DNA of 64,000 bases, taken from Camelus ferus (Eukaryota). The notes under the pieces were generated by a model that ran no database searches, had not been told where the DNA came from, and worked only from the letters and a program-made list of their open reading frames with translations. Location: contig NC_045696.1 of NCBI RefSeq assembly GCF_009834535.1, positions 43,712,001 to 43,776,000 on the forward strand, in the 5' to 3' direction. The position numbers were made by a program, and so were the translations under genes. Below are positions 12,880 to 25,869 of the stretch, piece after piece (within the stretch, counting starts at the first letter, position 1; each line of letters begins with the position of its first letter).

Positions 12880-14480
12880 ATCCTAATCCCAGACAATTAG
12901 ATACCCTGCATGTATGGAGGAGGGGCAGAGTCACTTGTCCTCAAATCTGTGACCCAGCGACAGAAATACAGTCCTAAGTTTGAAATTAAAAGAGGATAAG
13001 AGAGTACATCACCACTGGATCCACACTCAGACTAACAAACAGCAGCAAAAAATAACAGCAGTTTATTCCTCAAGGCAGGAGCAAGTGCCCAGAGAGAGAT
13101 TCTCTTTGAGTCCAGAAATCACCAGAATAACCCACATCTGAGAGAACAGAAACAGTGAGCAAACATCTCCATCCATCCAGTCCCCCCAAATAAAGACGGG
13201 CAACACCTGAGCAATTTGAAGCCAGCAGGGTAGTGATTCTAATAATAGCAACAATAAAACACAAACATAGCTTGATTCATGACTATATTGACCAAAAAAA
13301 AATTTACATTAAAGTTCTAGCAAAGGAAACAAGCTCATAATAAGTTCTGGTGACTTAATATACAGTGTAGTGACTATAGTTAATAATAATGTATTATATA
13401 CTTGAAGTTTGCTGCGAGAGTAGATCTTAAGTGTTCTCACCACATGTATACACAGAAGGTAAATATGTGAGGTGATGGATAGCTTAATTAGCTCGATTGG
13501 GGAAATCGCTTCACAATGTACACATATATCAAAACATGATGCTGTACCCCTCTAGCATATAATGTTTATTTGTCAATCATAACTTAATAAAGCTGGGATG
13601 AAATGCCCATTTTGAGGCATAAACATTAGCTTTGCCTCTTAATCTACAGGTGATCTAGAGCTTTTATCCAAAAATTATGCAACAAAGGAAGTAAGATACA
13701 GCATACAAAACAAAATAGATAAAGCAATCAACAGAAGCAAGCTCAGATATGACCTAGATATTGTAACTCCCAGATAGGAAATTTAAAAATACATGACTAA
13801 TATCTCAAGGGCTAGAGTGGAAAGGGTGGACAACATGCAAAAACAGATGGGGAACGTCATCAAAGAAGTGGAAACTATAAATAGCAATCAAAATAGCATG
13901 CTAGAAAGTTTTTAAAAGTAGTGGTAACACAGATGTAGAATTTCTTCAATGGCATTGTCAGCAGACTTGACATTCAACATTAAGAGAACTTGAAGATAAG
14001 TAAATAGAAACTTGAATAGAACACAAAGTAGAAGAAATGTGAAAGTAAAAATCAAGGAAGATAATAGCATCAAGATCTTTGGGAAAATATCAAAGAGTAA
14101 CACACATTTAATAGGAATCTTAGACTGAGAAGAGAGAGGTAACAGGGATGAATACATATTTGAAGAGATATCAGTTAAGAGTTTTCTTAAAAAAAATAAT
14201 GAAATGCATTAAGCCACAGATCTAAGATGCTCAGAACTCAAATGAAAGTTAAATATAAATAAACAACAACTCACAGAGATCTATATTGAACCTGCTAGAG
14301 ACCAATGTTAAAGAGAAAATCTTGAAAGATAATGGAGAAAAAAGACACAAAACATACTGAGAAATATAGGTAAAAATTAGAGCAGATTTCTTGTCAGAAA
14401 CCATGGAAGCAAAAGGACAACAGAGTACTACCATTCAAGTACTGGAAAAAAGGATAGCCTAGAATTCTATACACAAGTTA
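12880..14480 (+). mobile_element. Old L1M 5' UTR/ORF1 remnant, interrupted at ~13340-13600
   Basis: ORF1-type motifs 'gacaacatgcaaaaacagatgggg', 'aaagagaaaatcttgaaag', 'gcagatttcttgtcagaaaccatggaagc', 'cctagaattctata'. Confidence 0.7.
13340..13598 (+). mobile_element. L1MA9-like 3' end nested in the older L1
   Basis: 'gtgactatagttaataataatgtatt..gagagtagatcttaagtgttctcaccac..tgtgaggtgatggat..ttgtcaatcataacttaataaagctgg'. Confidence 0.8.
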
Positions 14481-16828
14481 AAAGTAAACAGAGTATATAT
14501 ATGAAAACCAGCAACCTCAGCACAAACAAAATCAAAGCAACAAGTGGTTCTACTTTCCCACAAATAAGTCTAATTCCAAAGCAGTCTGGTTATGCTTAAT
14601 ATTTTTAAAATAAATACAACTTGCAAATATTTAAGAAACTTTAATGCAATGCTATGAAAGGTGAAATAAGGCAAATGCTATGAGTAAATATATATGAAAT
14701 ATAAATTTAAAGTTTTATTTATAATGGATATGGTTACAAGGAGACTTAGATAAGCTTAGTTCAATAGGCATAAATGACTATTCAATTTTAATTTTCCCCC
14801 AAATCAACTCAGCTAATATGTTTGCAGCATTTCACTCTAGCTCTGCATCCACAAGTTTATTTCATCTATCAACTTCTTTTTGGTGGATACAAGCATGCAC
14901 TGATTCATCTGTTTCTCAGCAGTTGTTAATGAGAAGTCTTTACAGAGGCCATGAGTAGTTATGGACTTTATTATTAGTAGAATCAAATAAATACTAAATA
15001 TTTTTCTATCTGCCACTGATCAAGAATAAAAAATCAGGGAACAGAAATATCACGATATAATTTCAGAGAGAATATTAAATATTTGGAAAAAGTTTTAAAA
15101 AGAGAGCTTTCATATTTTAGGAGAGAATCACAAATTGTACATGTATGTGAAATGGATTGAACTACTGGCAGGTGGCTATTAAATAAGAGCTCAAATTTTT
15201 ATATCCATAAGTCAGTATACATCAACATTTTCAACTGCCTATAAAGAAACAATACTCATATAATAGAACTCATCAATATTTGGTGGTAGATGTGTTCTTA
15301 TTTGTTTCATGTTAAGTCTTTCAGGTTTCAGATGAAGTTATTGAAAGCAGTTCCCAATATTAACCTTGTTCACACATAATTTATTTTTCCTCCCATGGAT
15401 TACAAGCTTAAAATAACCTCTCCTCAACAAAAATAAAGAGATCAAATTTTATTAACAGTGAGCTAATTTTCCATTCTCTATAGTAGTTATAAAGTCCTTC
15501 TCTAAATTAAGAAGAATTCAAAGTTCCTAATAAAAAAATATATTGTACATTATATATAAGAATTACTTTCAAGTAAAAGGGTTTTTATTTCAAGTAGGAA
15601 GAAGAATTAATTGATCTGTTATGGAAACAAATTACCTAAGTAAAATCTACTGTTAACTAAGCAAAACAAAAAATGTTTCTAATCCTATGTTCAGTTTCCT
15701 TTGCATTGACATTAATTGAGAGGAATATTTATTTTTCACATACTAAGGAAAAAGCTTCTATCTGTTATTGATAATTGTGAAAATTACCTTAAGTACTATT
15801 GGATGAATAAAGAAACAAAGTTTCATTTTCAATTTATTCCTTTAATTTAGAAAGTTCACACTGAAGAATAGTTATGCTCATTATAGCTGTTTCACTGTTT
15901 CATAACTTAGGAATTTAAAGTTCTAACTTAAGTTGCAAACTTCTCTGTTTAATTCAAAGATTTTAAAAATTCATCTTTCTTTTCTGGCTTTGATGTCTCT
16001 GACCACTAGCTTTGACTTTTTGCCTGTATGTTTCTCACTGCACACCCAGAATGGCAGATATCTTGAAGTATTAGGAATAAGTAAATGCTGTTAAAAGGAT
16101 TACTCTGGCTTAGAAATTCCTCCTTAGCAGCAATTTATTCCATCATAATTTGTGCAAATCTGTGAAATAAGTAGTGGCAGTGAGGTTGAACTTTAGACAA
16201 ACTTCACTCTTTCCCTTACCGGAAATTAGATTTTGAAAATGGAGTATTCTTAACAGGCTTATAGAATTTGTTACTTCTCTGTGGTCATGCAAATATCATA
16301 GGCAACATACATATACTCTCTCCTCTTTTCATTCGTTTTTTTTTTAAATAAAAAATTCTATTTAGAAGGGAAATTTTGGTCTAGTCTTCTACAGGAAATC
16401 TTAGGGGCAAGAAGTAAAGAAATTGATGATTGAAGTAAAAAAAAAAAAAAAAAATCAAATGCCCTCAATTTTAAAATAGAGCTTGGATAAAGCCAGTTGG
16501 TGACAGGCTATCATTTTCACCCACTGAATATTCATTGAAAGGTGATTATTCTGCAAACCTATAGGTTTGTTTGTTAACTATTAGAAAAGCTTCATGTTAG
16601 CTCCTGAATTTTCATTCTGTCATAATTTTGACTTTCTACTAGGTCTGCTCTAACCTGTTCTTCTCACTAACTCTTCACTAACCCAGTCAGATTCTAGTCA
16701 TTAATGGAGGAATTCTTAAATCATTCATCAAAATCTCTTAAAAAAAAAACCTTCACCCATTTATTACTGTTATATTTTAAAGCAATTCATAATTTAACAT
16801 TTATATTTCCTCACAAAAGCTAAAATAC

Positions 16829-16903
16829 TAGATAGATAGATACATACATACATACATACATACATAGATGCATAGATACATAGACAGACAGACAGACAGA
16901 CAG
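16829..16903. repeat. Compound tetranucleotide microsatellite (GATA)(CATA)(GACA)
   Basis: Direct inspection. Confidence 0.9.
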
Positions 16904-19900
16904 GTTCAGAAAAGTTTTGAACTATAGAAAAATTATTCTAAAAACTTATGTTCTTAGAAGTAAATTAGGTATTTGTGTAAGGTTTAGAACTCTAAATAGC
17001 ATTCAGTATATAAGAGGAATGTCTAATACAGATGAAGGTAAAATGAATATGGTATCCTTTATAGCTTTGTAAGTCTAGTGAAAAAGGGATCAAGAGAAAA
17101 GGAAGGGAAGTTGTCACCATTTTGAATTTTATTATTAAATGTAACAATGGGGTAGGTTTGAAACAGTGTTTTCATTCATGGTGACAGTTCTAGGGGCAGC
17201 CTGCTCTTGATAACTTGAATTAAATTATTTTTATTTCTTTCACATCCCATCTAAGAAAAAAAGTCTATTTTACTAAACCATTATTAATCACTTAATTATC
17301 ATTATGCATGACTTAGTTCAATCATACTTATACAAGTAAAACGATGTATTCATGTTTGAAAACTGTGCAAAATGAAAGGAAGGAATAGGGTGCTGGAGAC
17401 AATTTGGAATCAGATAAGGAGGTGAGAAGGGAAGGGTAAGAGGATAAATAAGTGAGATTTCTGCTGGAAAGTATATGAAGAGCTCCAATGTTCCCAAATT
17501 ATAATAGTTGAACCATTAAATGGAAGTTATCTGTCTATAATAATCATTGTAGAGGTAGTACATGTGCTGGCTAATTTATAGAATTTATAGCATTTTCTTT
17601 TAATTTATAGTATCTAATTAGATTGAGATATCCATTCTTCTTTCAATGGACTCTCAACATTTTCTTAAACATGACACCTGGTTCTGACTAATGTGCTATA
17701 TTGAATCTTTTCCAAGACACTTAATTTTACTTTTCTCTTTTGTAATTTTGTTTTACTATATTCCTTTTTTTAATTTGGTAATTGAAACACATTTTTGTTG
17801 GTAATTCCACATGCAGAAAATAAAGTCAAATTTATTGTAATAAATACTTAATGGTGCTTTCCATTTCTTCTCTTTTTCTAGGATAGGATTTTTTGGTTGG
17901 TATTATGTCCCTATGATAGCTGTTTATAGAAAATGTAGCCCCCATGAAATGTTTCAGATGGATGACTTTGCACTGTAAGATATCTCTCTATCCAAAGAAA
18001 CCATATATAATTTGTGGAATGATTTCCATAATATGAATAGTCCTCTGATTATAATTTAAATAAACTGATGGAAAGTAATTGTTTAAGGCTATAGCAATAC
18101 AAAGTTTATTATTTGGTGGGCTTAATTTTCAAAATATCATTGATTTTTAGCAGACTGGGCTTTCTAATTATGAGTCTTCCAAACAATTTACTTAGTTATG
18201 CATTGTTGTACTGGCAATCTAGTTTCAAAGAGAGGTATTCTATAATCAGTTACTTCCTTGATATGGCAAAACTATTTCATTTGGATAAACAAGAGAAAAC
18301 AAAGAGTCAGCAAAAAGGGTGATTTTTGACAATTAAGTATAATCTTTCATTTTCAATTAAAATATCACTGCTACCTTCATTTTACTAACTTGCATACTGT
18401 CTTATAGTTAACTTTAATTTTCTTCATATAGCCAAATAAAAATCAAATCAAATTTGGGTTTTTTTTGTATTATTTAACCTCTTCTTTAAAATCAATTTAA
18501 CTTTACAATTTATGCAATAACATTTCTTATAATGTCTTTAAAATATCCAGCATATGTATATATTGGCTAGAGTCATGGAATTATATTTTTTAATGATTTC
18601 AATATAATAGTTGTATATAGGATATTTTAAATTATTTTTTTAAAAAGAAAAAAAAGGGGGGGGGATTATTTAGTCCTACCCAGTCAGCAACAAAAGCAAT
18701 CAAATCATTTTTTTATCCAGTGAAAGATTAGACATTCATTACAAACTTAATGCATAGTCTAAGAATAGAACAGTAAGATCACTTATATGTAAAACTGAAT
18801 TGCTTCATAAGCTTCCATTTTTAATATGTGCCTTTATATACTAAAATTCCAATATCCACAAGAGATTGGATCTGAATACTTCAGAATTTTTCATAAGAAT
18901 ACAAGAAATTGAAAACTTCTAATTCTACTCTAGCAGGGAAAAAAGTATTGCAACACTGAAAATTAGTTTGTATAACTTTTATCTTTAGCTCAGTCTAAAA
19001 GATCACTATTTTATATGAAACATTATAATTTGTAAAATATTTTGCAAATATATAAAAAGTAGTTAGAATTCAGGAGAATCCTAAATCTGAGCGTTTGTTG
19101 GTTGATTCCAGCTGCATTATGCTTACATATTTCCAAGAAATATCAGAATACTGACTGTAGTACAATTATGATATGCCCTCAAAATTCAACACTAAAATAT
19201 ATCCAACAAAAGTCAAGATCCCACAATGACTGCATACATTGGGGGCATATGATTATGCCTGCCACACTGCAAGTGTTCCTTTTTTCAGGAATGGTCCCCC
19301 AAAACGTATTTCTCCAATATAAGAGATTATAAATGGAAAGAATAGAGGTATTAGTTCACTAGAAACAAAAGGCCATTTGAGCACATCAAATATTCAAATA
19401 AATATTTTTGAACAAAAATGATAGCACTGAAGAAATAGATAGCTAACTGATATAACTGATTTGGTTAAATATTCCATCAGGTGGACCTAGGTTTAATTTG
19501 CAAAACTACTGTCATCATCTGTGTGAACCAGAGTACCTTTTTCCTTTTTCTTTTATTTAATTTTTTGCCATTACATCAACTTTAAGTCAATATAGAACTT
19601 TTAGATCTCATATTATGGAGGTCCAGTAAAATGATTTATACTAGGAAACTTTTAAGTTCAGTTAGTCAGCTTTTTAAAAGAACAAAAAACAATCCTAAAA
19701 GAAAAAATTTGAATATTTGATTCTGCCTTTATGGGAAAGGAGAGGGTCATAAAGTTATTTGTGATAATTTTCAGTAAATCCTCTCTTATCTACAAAAATA
19801 ATGACCCAAAATGAGGTCATTGATAGGAAAGTTACAGATAGGATACTTATTTTTTTGGTCTGGTGCTTTGGCTTTTATTTTCATTTAAATACAAATATCT

Positions 19901-20899
19901 TAAGGAGGGGGCTCACTGTTCTACTCACTCATTTATACTTTCCTGTAAGCAGTGAGTATAAATCAATATTTCTTCATTCACACTGTCAGATGATGTATTA
20001 AGAGAAAGCAGGATTGATTTTCGGGGGGAAGAGAAAAATTAAGAAGCTATTCACAATAAGGCATATAATGTTGGGGAAAAATGTAAAATTGGGGAAAGAA
20101 CTCATTAAAGATTTATTTATTTCACAATTTTGCTGATGAAAAGAAAAGGCTATCTGGAGTATGATGCATTTCCATGAATATTTTTATTTCTGTTACATGT
20201 ATTCTGACGTACATCTCGTAGTTTAGATTTAACTGTATTATAATAAAGTTAAAGTACAGGTAGAGTAATAATACAAGAAAAATATCAGATTTTATTTAAT
20301 TATTCCCCAGATCTGCTGGTTTAGGAGCCATCTGAGAAAGACAAAACAAAAAGAAATGGAATTTGGTGTTTAGAGTTAAATAATGAAACATAGTTTTAAT
20401 CTACCTTCTTTTGAAAAAACATATATATTTGCTTGTTTAGAAACCCAGAGCTAAAATGATGTTCCATTCAGTCAGCTTTATGGCTGTAGGCTCTTACTAC
20501 ATGAGATCCTCTAAGTTAGTATCCAGCTGTCTATATAGTACTGCAAATACAAAACTCTTGAATAATTTTATATTAAACAGGAAAAAACTCATGATAAAAT
20601 ATTACTTAGGTTTAATGCATTACTTTCAGCCATTTACTTGACAAATATTATTTATCTTGTATTATGTGATAGGAATATGATAAGAACATATTACTGTTTT
20701 CTGAGTATAAGATAAGCTTCCCCCAAGTATTACTTTCTCTTTACAGCCTTCAACATTAGTGTTGATACTGGTTATTATGGGAGAATAAATTAAATGTGTT
20801 TAGTTATACAAATATTTCTTAATATACAGTTCAATTTGCTAGCCAATGGGCAAAAATATGTAAGATGTTTGGAACTGTGTCATCTTTTCTTCATCTATA

Positions 20900-21910
20900 T
20901 GTAATCAATTTCATTCCTATTATTCATTGTTCTGGTCTATACAGAAGGCATCCAAACCCCTAAAAATTAAATTTCCCAGACTCCTCTGTCAGTTGAACTT
21001 TAGTTAGTATCAGCTACTAAGAAGAACTAATAGGAGTTATTTATTTTTATTTTGAAATAATTTTATTTTCACAGTAATTTGAGAAAGAACAGAGATGCAG
21101 TATACAGTTTCCCCCAATTGTTACACTTTATGGTATTTTAGTAGAATACCAAAACCAGTCACTGAAATTTCTAAGATGTACATATAGTTCTATTTCATTT
21201 TATCACATGTATGGTTATGTAACCACCACTACAATCAAGATACAAAACTATTTCATCACCACAAAAAACTCACTATTTTTATTCTTTCATAGTCACTCCC
21301 ATTCCTCCCCTTCTCCCCTTCACCTTCCCTAACTCCTGAGAAGCACTATGTTTTCCATATCTATCATTTTGTCCTTTCAAGAATGTTATCAGAATGAAAT
21401 CATACAGTATATGACCTTTTGAGACTTGTAAACTTTACTAAGCATAATGCCCTAGAGATCACTGCTTGGATGTTAGGAGGAAGGGTGGGCAGCAGACCAG
21501 TGAGTGGTGACTGACTTCACTGCCTTTGGTATTCCAGCAGCAGCAGCAGTGGGTGACTGCCAGCAGTCACTGGGGCCACAGGCTACAGAGGCTTTCAGCA
21601 GCACTGAAGGCAAAAGCAGTGAGTACCTGCAGGTCTCAGCAGCCTTTGGAGGGTCTGGTGTTGGCAGTTTCCAGCAGAGTCAAGGGTACATGTGTATCTG
21701 GGCTCTGGAAAATCTACCTCCCTTCCTTTGATTTTTCTAGCACTTGGGTATGGGAAATGTTTCCTAAAATTATCAATCTCTACTTACTTATCTCCCTTTT
21801 GCTCCTTCCACCCTACTAAAACCTTTGTAACTAGCTCCCAGTATTTAATATCTTCTGTATGAACTACCTATCATAATTTATGTTTTCCTAACTGGGACCT
21901 GACAGGCATC
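20900..21910 (+). mobile_element. ERVL LTR33-like solo LTR split by an L1 insertion
   Basis: 5' part 'aaaaattaaatttcccagactcc', GCA-rich middle, 3' part 'tttgtaactagctcccagtatttaata..gttttcctaactgggacctgac'. Confidence 0.6.
21040..21460 (-). mobile_element. L1MB/L1MC-type 3' end fragment
   Basis: T-rich tail followed by 'ttgaaataatttta', 'gtaaccaccactacaatcaagataca', 'gaaatcatacagtatatgaccttttgagac'. Confidence 0.75.
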
Positions 21911-23229
21911 ATCAAATAGCATGGATGTTAAAAAGCTAGCCATGTAGAGTACTGCAAAAACATACATGATAACATCAATTTTATTAACAATAATAATAAT
22001 AATAAAAGAGCTACTATTTACTGGGAATCTATTTTGTGCTAGGCATTTTGCATAATAGCTTCCTTTCAAAGAGTGTACACACGTAAGAGGCAAAAGAGTT
22101 GAGTAAGAAGAGGAAAGCTACACCAGCTTTGAACACAGTCTTTTTTCAATTGTATCAAAGCATTTTCTAAGTGTATTTGATAAATTAAAAATTAACATCA
22201 ATGCTCAGAGTCAACTGTTTTGAAGTTAATCTATTTCCCATCACAGCTCACTTAGGAGTCCAATGGCCATGCAACTATCAGGTAGTTAAGTTTATGTTTA
22301 AAAACTGGAACCAGAATATTTCCAGTGAAGTGTTCTGGGGCTGTAACCCACATTGCAAAATGCTGCCCTATCAAGTATTTCAGATACCAAGCCCAATTCG
22401 GTATCCTTTAACTTGTGAAATACTTTTGGCATTTCATTGTGTTTGCTGAAAAGTCGTCTCCCTCCAAGTGCACAGTTTAGTATTGCCAGTAGAGGCCTTG
22501 TGCAGCTGGCAACTTATCATTGTTTCCTGTACCCTTAGAATGACATCAGTGGCCTAGTTTAATAATTGATTACTTATTTGAAAGAAGATTTTTATTTGTT
22601 TTGATTGGCTACATTTTTTTAAAAGCTTTCTCTCAAAAAAAAAAAAGAAAACTACATAAAAATGCCTAAAAAAAGCAAGGTTTTTGTTCCTCAAGTTCCT
22701 TTGGGAAAAAAACGTAACTTGTACCTTAAACATTTAGTTACCTAAATCTTTTTAATCAGTGACAGTGTTAGTTACTTATTAATTTCTCCAGGAATTTTAA
22801 GTGATAACTCTAGTCTAAACTGAATTCTTCCTAATAACACATTATGTTTTATATTAATTATATATATTTGTATTACATTTTACTATTTTTACAAAAAATT
22901 GTTTTTGAAATTGGTCAATCCTTAATAATGTTGAGTATGTATATTTTACATGCCTGTCATATGTACAAACTTAAGAAATATTATGAATATATCAATATTT
23001 GTATACACAAGCTCTTGCACTAATAAAATACTCAACAAATTTGTTTCTATATGCATTTTAATGTTTACAACTACTAACTTAATAGTGAATTGTTAAAGCA
23101 TCCCCTCTTAAAATTGAGAACTATGCCACATCAGAACATACATATCCCTTTGATTATGAATTTTATATGGTTTGTGTGCCCTCTGCCTTGTTGACTACTG
23201 ATTAAACTGGATATTTCATCAACAACCAT

Positions 23230-23860
23230 TGTCTCAGTGCTAATCCCCAAGTGGAAACAAAGCACTGTATGTGACAAGCAAAGCCCCTACTCTTATAAAA
23301 CTTTTATTTAAGAAACATAAAGAAGAAAAAATATTAAATAAGAAAATAGTTCCTCACAATAATAATGTTATAAAGAGTGAAATCACAGAAATATCTCTGG
23401 AAGAATGATTGTAAAAAAGTCAAGAAAAAAATCCTCTTAAAAGACATGATAATTCAAGCTGAGAATGGAATTTTGTCAACAATGTCTTCAGATAATCAGA
23501 AGAAAGATTTTAGTCCATGACTAGCATGCAATCCAGAGGTGGAAATAAGCTTAACTTATTTGAAAGGGAATTTTTTTTCTTCAAATTTGAGTAAATAGTT
23601 TAAGTTTTATACCAAGAACACTAGGAAATAAATTTTTGGTTTTGAATTATGATATGAATGTTATGATGATGAATCTGAGTGCTGCTGTAACAAATGAAGT
23701 GGCAAAACATAAGCACTCCTTAGTTCCGGGTGAGAGGTAATAGTTGTTTAGGATGGTTTCAGTGGCTATAAAGAGGAACAGGCTTACTTACAATGAGTTC
23801 TGTTGGCCAAATTAAAAATGTTTGCTGATGAATCAGATGTGAGAGGTGTGGGACAGAAAA
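23230..23860 (-). mobile_element. L2 LINE remnant
   Basis: Antisense L2-like motifs 'aaagcccctactcttataaaactt', 'gttccgggtgagaggtaat', 'tttgctgatgaatcagatgtg'. Confidence 0.5.
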
Positions 23861-23914
23861 AATTGGGTGTACCAATGAAAGTTTTAGGGAAAGCGTTTCA
23901 AAAATGTTAAGAAA

Positions 23915-24110
23915 ACTTATATTTGTCACACTTTACCACTATAATCACCCAAATCTTATGTAATGCAATCCCTTCAATTATTATATGAGATAATTATTCT
24001 TATTGTACTATGAAGATGAGTTCACTGAATGTCAGGAAGATTAAGTCAATGTCTCAAGGTCACAGACCTTTCTTTAAGGCAAAGTTAATAATATAAAATA
24101 AAACTGCAGA
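23915..24110 (-). mobile_element. MIR remnant
   Basis: 'gaagatgagttcactgaatgtcaggaagattaagtcaatgtctcaaggtcacag' matches the antisense MIR core. Confidence 0.6.
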
Positions 24111-25869
24111 ATCCATGTTTAAAATTTATGATAGAAATACCAACAGAAACATATTTTGGGTCTAGAGTTTTTCCAACTGGAAGCCACTGAATGGCAAGTG
24201 GGGACATGTAATTAATTGTTTTTAACATATAAATTCCTCTAACTATGTGCCTCTCAAATATTTATACCCTTATGTATAAGTTAGCAAAGTTTTAACTAAA
24301 ATAGTTTTTACCAAATCATCTGATATGGATTTCTCACATTAAAAACTTAGTTCATGAAAAATGACAATAAAATTTTTTTCACTACAATACAATTTAATGA
24401 TATGAATTTTTTATTTAAATCAGAAGTCCTAGGGATTAATTCAGAAAATTAAGCTTGAGTATTCATATAAGATGACTATATTTATTATTAATAAAAAATT
24501 TTCTAGATTGAAGAAAAACAGTGTTTTCCTTGATTTCTGAGTGGTTTTCAAACAGTCTATTATCTAAGATTATTAATGAAGACAGACTAATTTTATCCCT
24601 AAAGGATATGCTCTATTAACATCAATTATTTAAGTCCATGTAACATATACACATACGGTATAAAAACTGTAAGGTAAAGATAACCCAAGTGTTTGAATGA
24701 TGAACTATTTAATCATTATTTATTAGTTATATCAAAGTTTAATATGTATTTTAGGAAAAATAATAATAATGTAATTAATAGTAATATATCTTTCAATAAA
24801 AGGCTTCTCAGGTATCAGTAAGGTAGAAGTCATGACAAAGAATACAATTTATTCTTTAACCTCTAGGAAAACTGTGGTATAAAATGATTCCATCACTTGC
24901 TCCAGTCAACAAAGCAAAAGAATATTGTGAATTTAAGCCAAATTGAGTTATTCTGATTTCCACAGTTATTTTACCACCAATTAAAAAATCAGCAATTTTG
25001 AATTTATTAACTATACATAGTAACCCTATTATTTGCATCCTCATGTTCAAATAATATGACTGATTAATTAACACAGAAGAAATAAAAGATAGTTTAATAG
25101 ACTGTCCACATGATATCTGTCTACTATAAACCCTACTAACCTTTATCATTTTAGTGTACCCCTCTTGTGCCTGGCTTCCACATTCACATTTGAACTTGAT
25201 TTTAGATTGATAATTATTTTAAAAAACAGTGTCTTCCTCTGCCCTTGCTGTCATACATTCTTAATAATAAGACTTTAATTAAAAGACTTTATGTTAGTAC
25301 TCAAATATATTTTGTTCTTCACGGTGGAGATCATTTAATATCAGTGTCAGAAATCTAACTGTCTTTTATTTAGCAACTAATTCATGAGATACATCAGTAT
25401 TAATCAGGAAGATACTGAAGTTTAATGAACATTCAGAAAAAAAAGTCAACAAAAAATAGAAAGTAACAACTCAAGTAATTTGACTATTCTTTGGTTTTGT
25501 GAAGATCTACTTTTTGTTCTAATGTCTTTACTTGGTCAAAGAAGAACAAAGTCCCATGTCCCTTGCCTTGCTCTATTAGCCATGCTGATGATAAACAGAA
25601 CATTTAGAGAAGTGGTTGCATGCTGTGGTTGCTGTTGAGAAGCTCAAAGCTGGAAGACTGATTGCAAAGAAAAAGATAATCATCAAACTATTGTCTGTCT
25701 CCAGTGCCTATTGCATCAGGAAAGGAAATTAAAGGCAAATGAGCTTATAAGGTAAACTCTCTACAAAGGAAGTTTTTCGGTAGGGATAGGCCATTTTACT
25801 TATCAAATCAATTATTTGATTTTAATGAAATAATGCAAATTCTCCACAATTATATATTTTTCAATAAAC

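Noticed and set aside
17882..17973. Plus-strand exon-like segment with one open frame
   Set aside because: Weak donor, unrecognisable peptide and no partner exons, so it is within chance expectation.
21504..21819. Overlapping ORFs with poly-Q/poly-A runs
   Set aside because: They derive from the GCA-rich interior of an LTR33-like element.
24856..25149. ORF containing 'LLTGASDGIILY', reminiscent of a WD40 strand
   Set aside because: No usable splice sites flank the motif, the rest of the ORF has an AT-rich non-coding composition, and no further WD40 exons were found.
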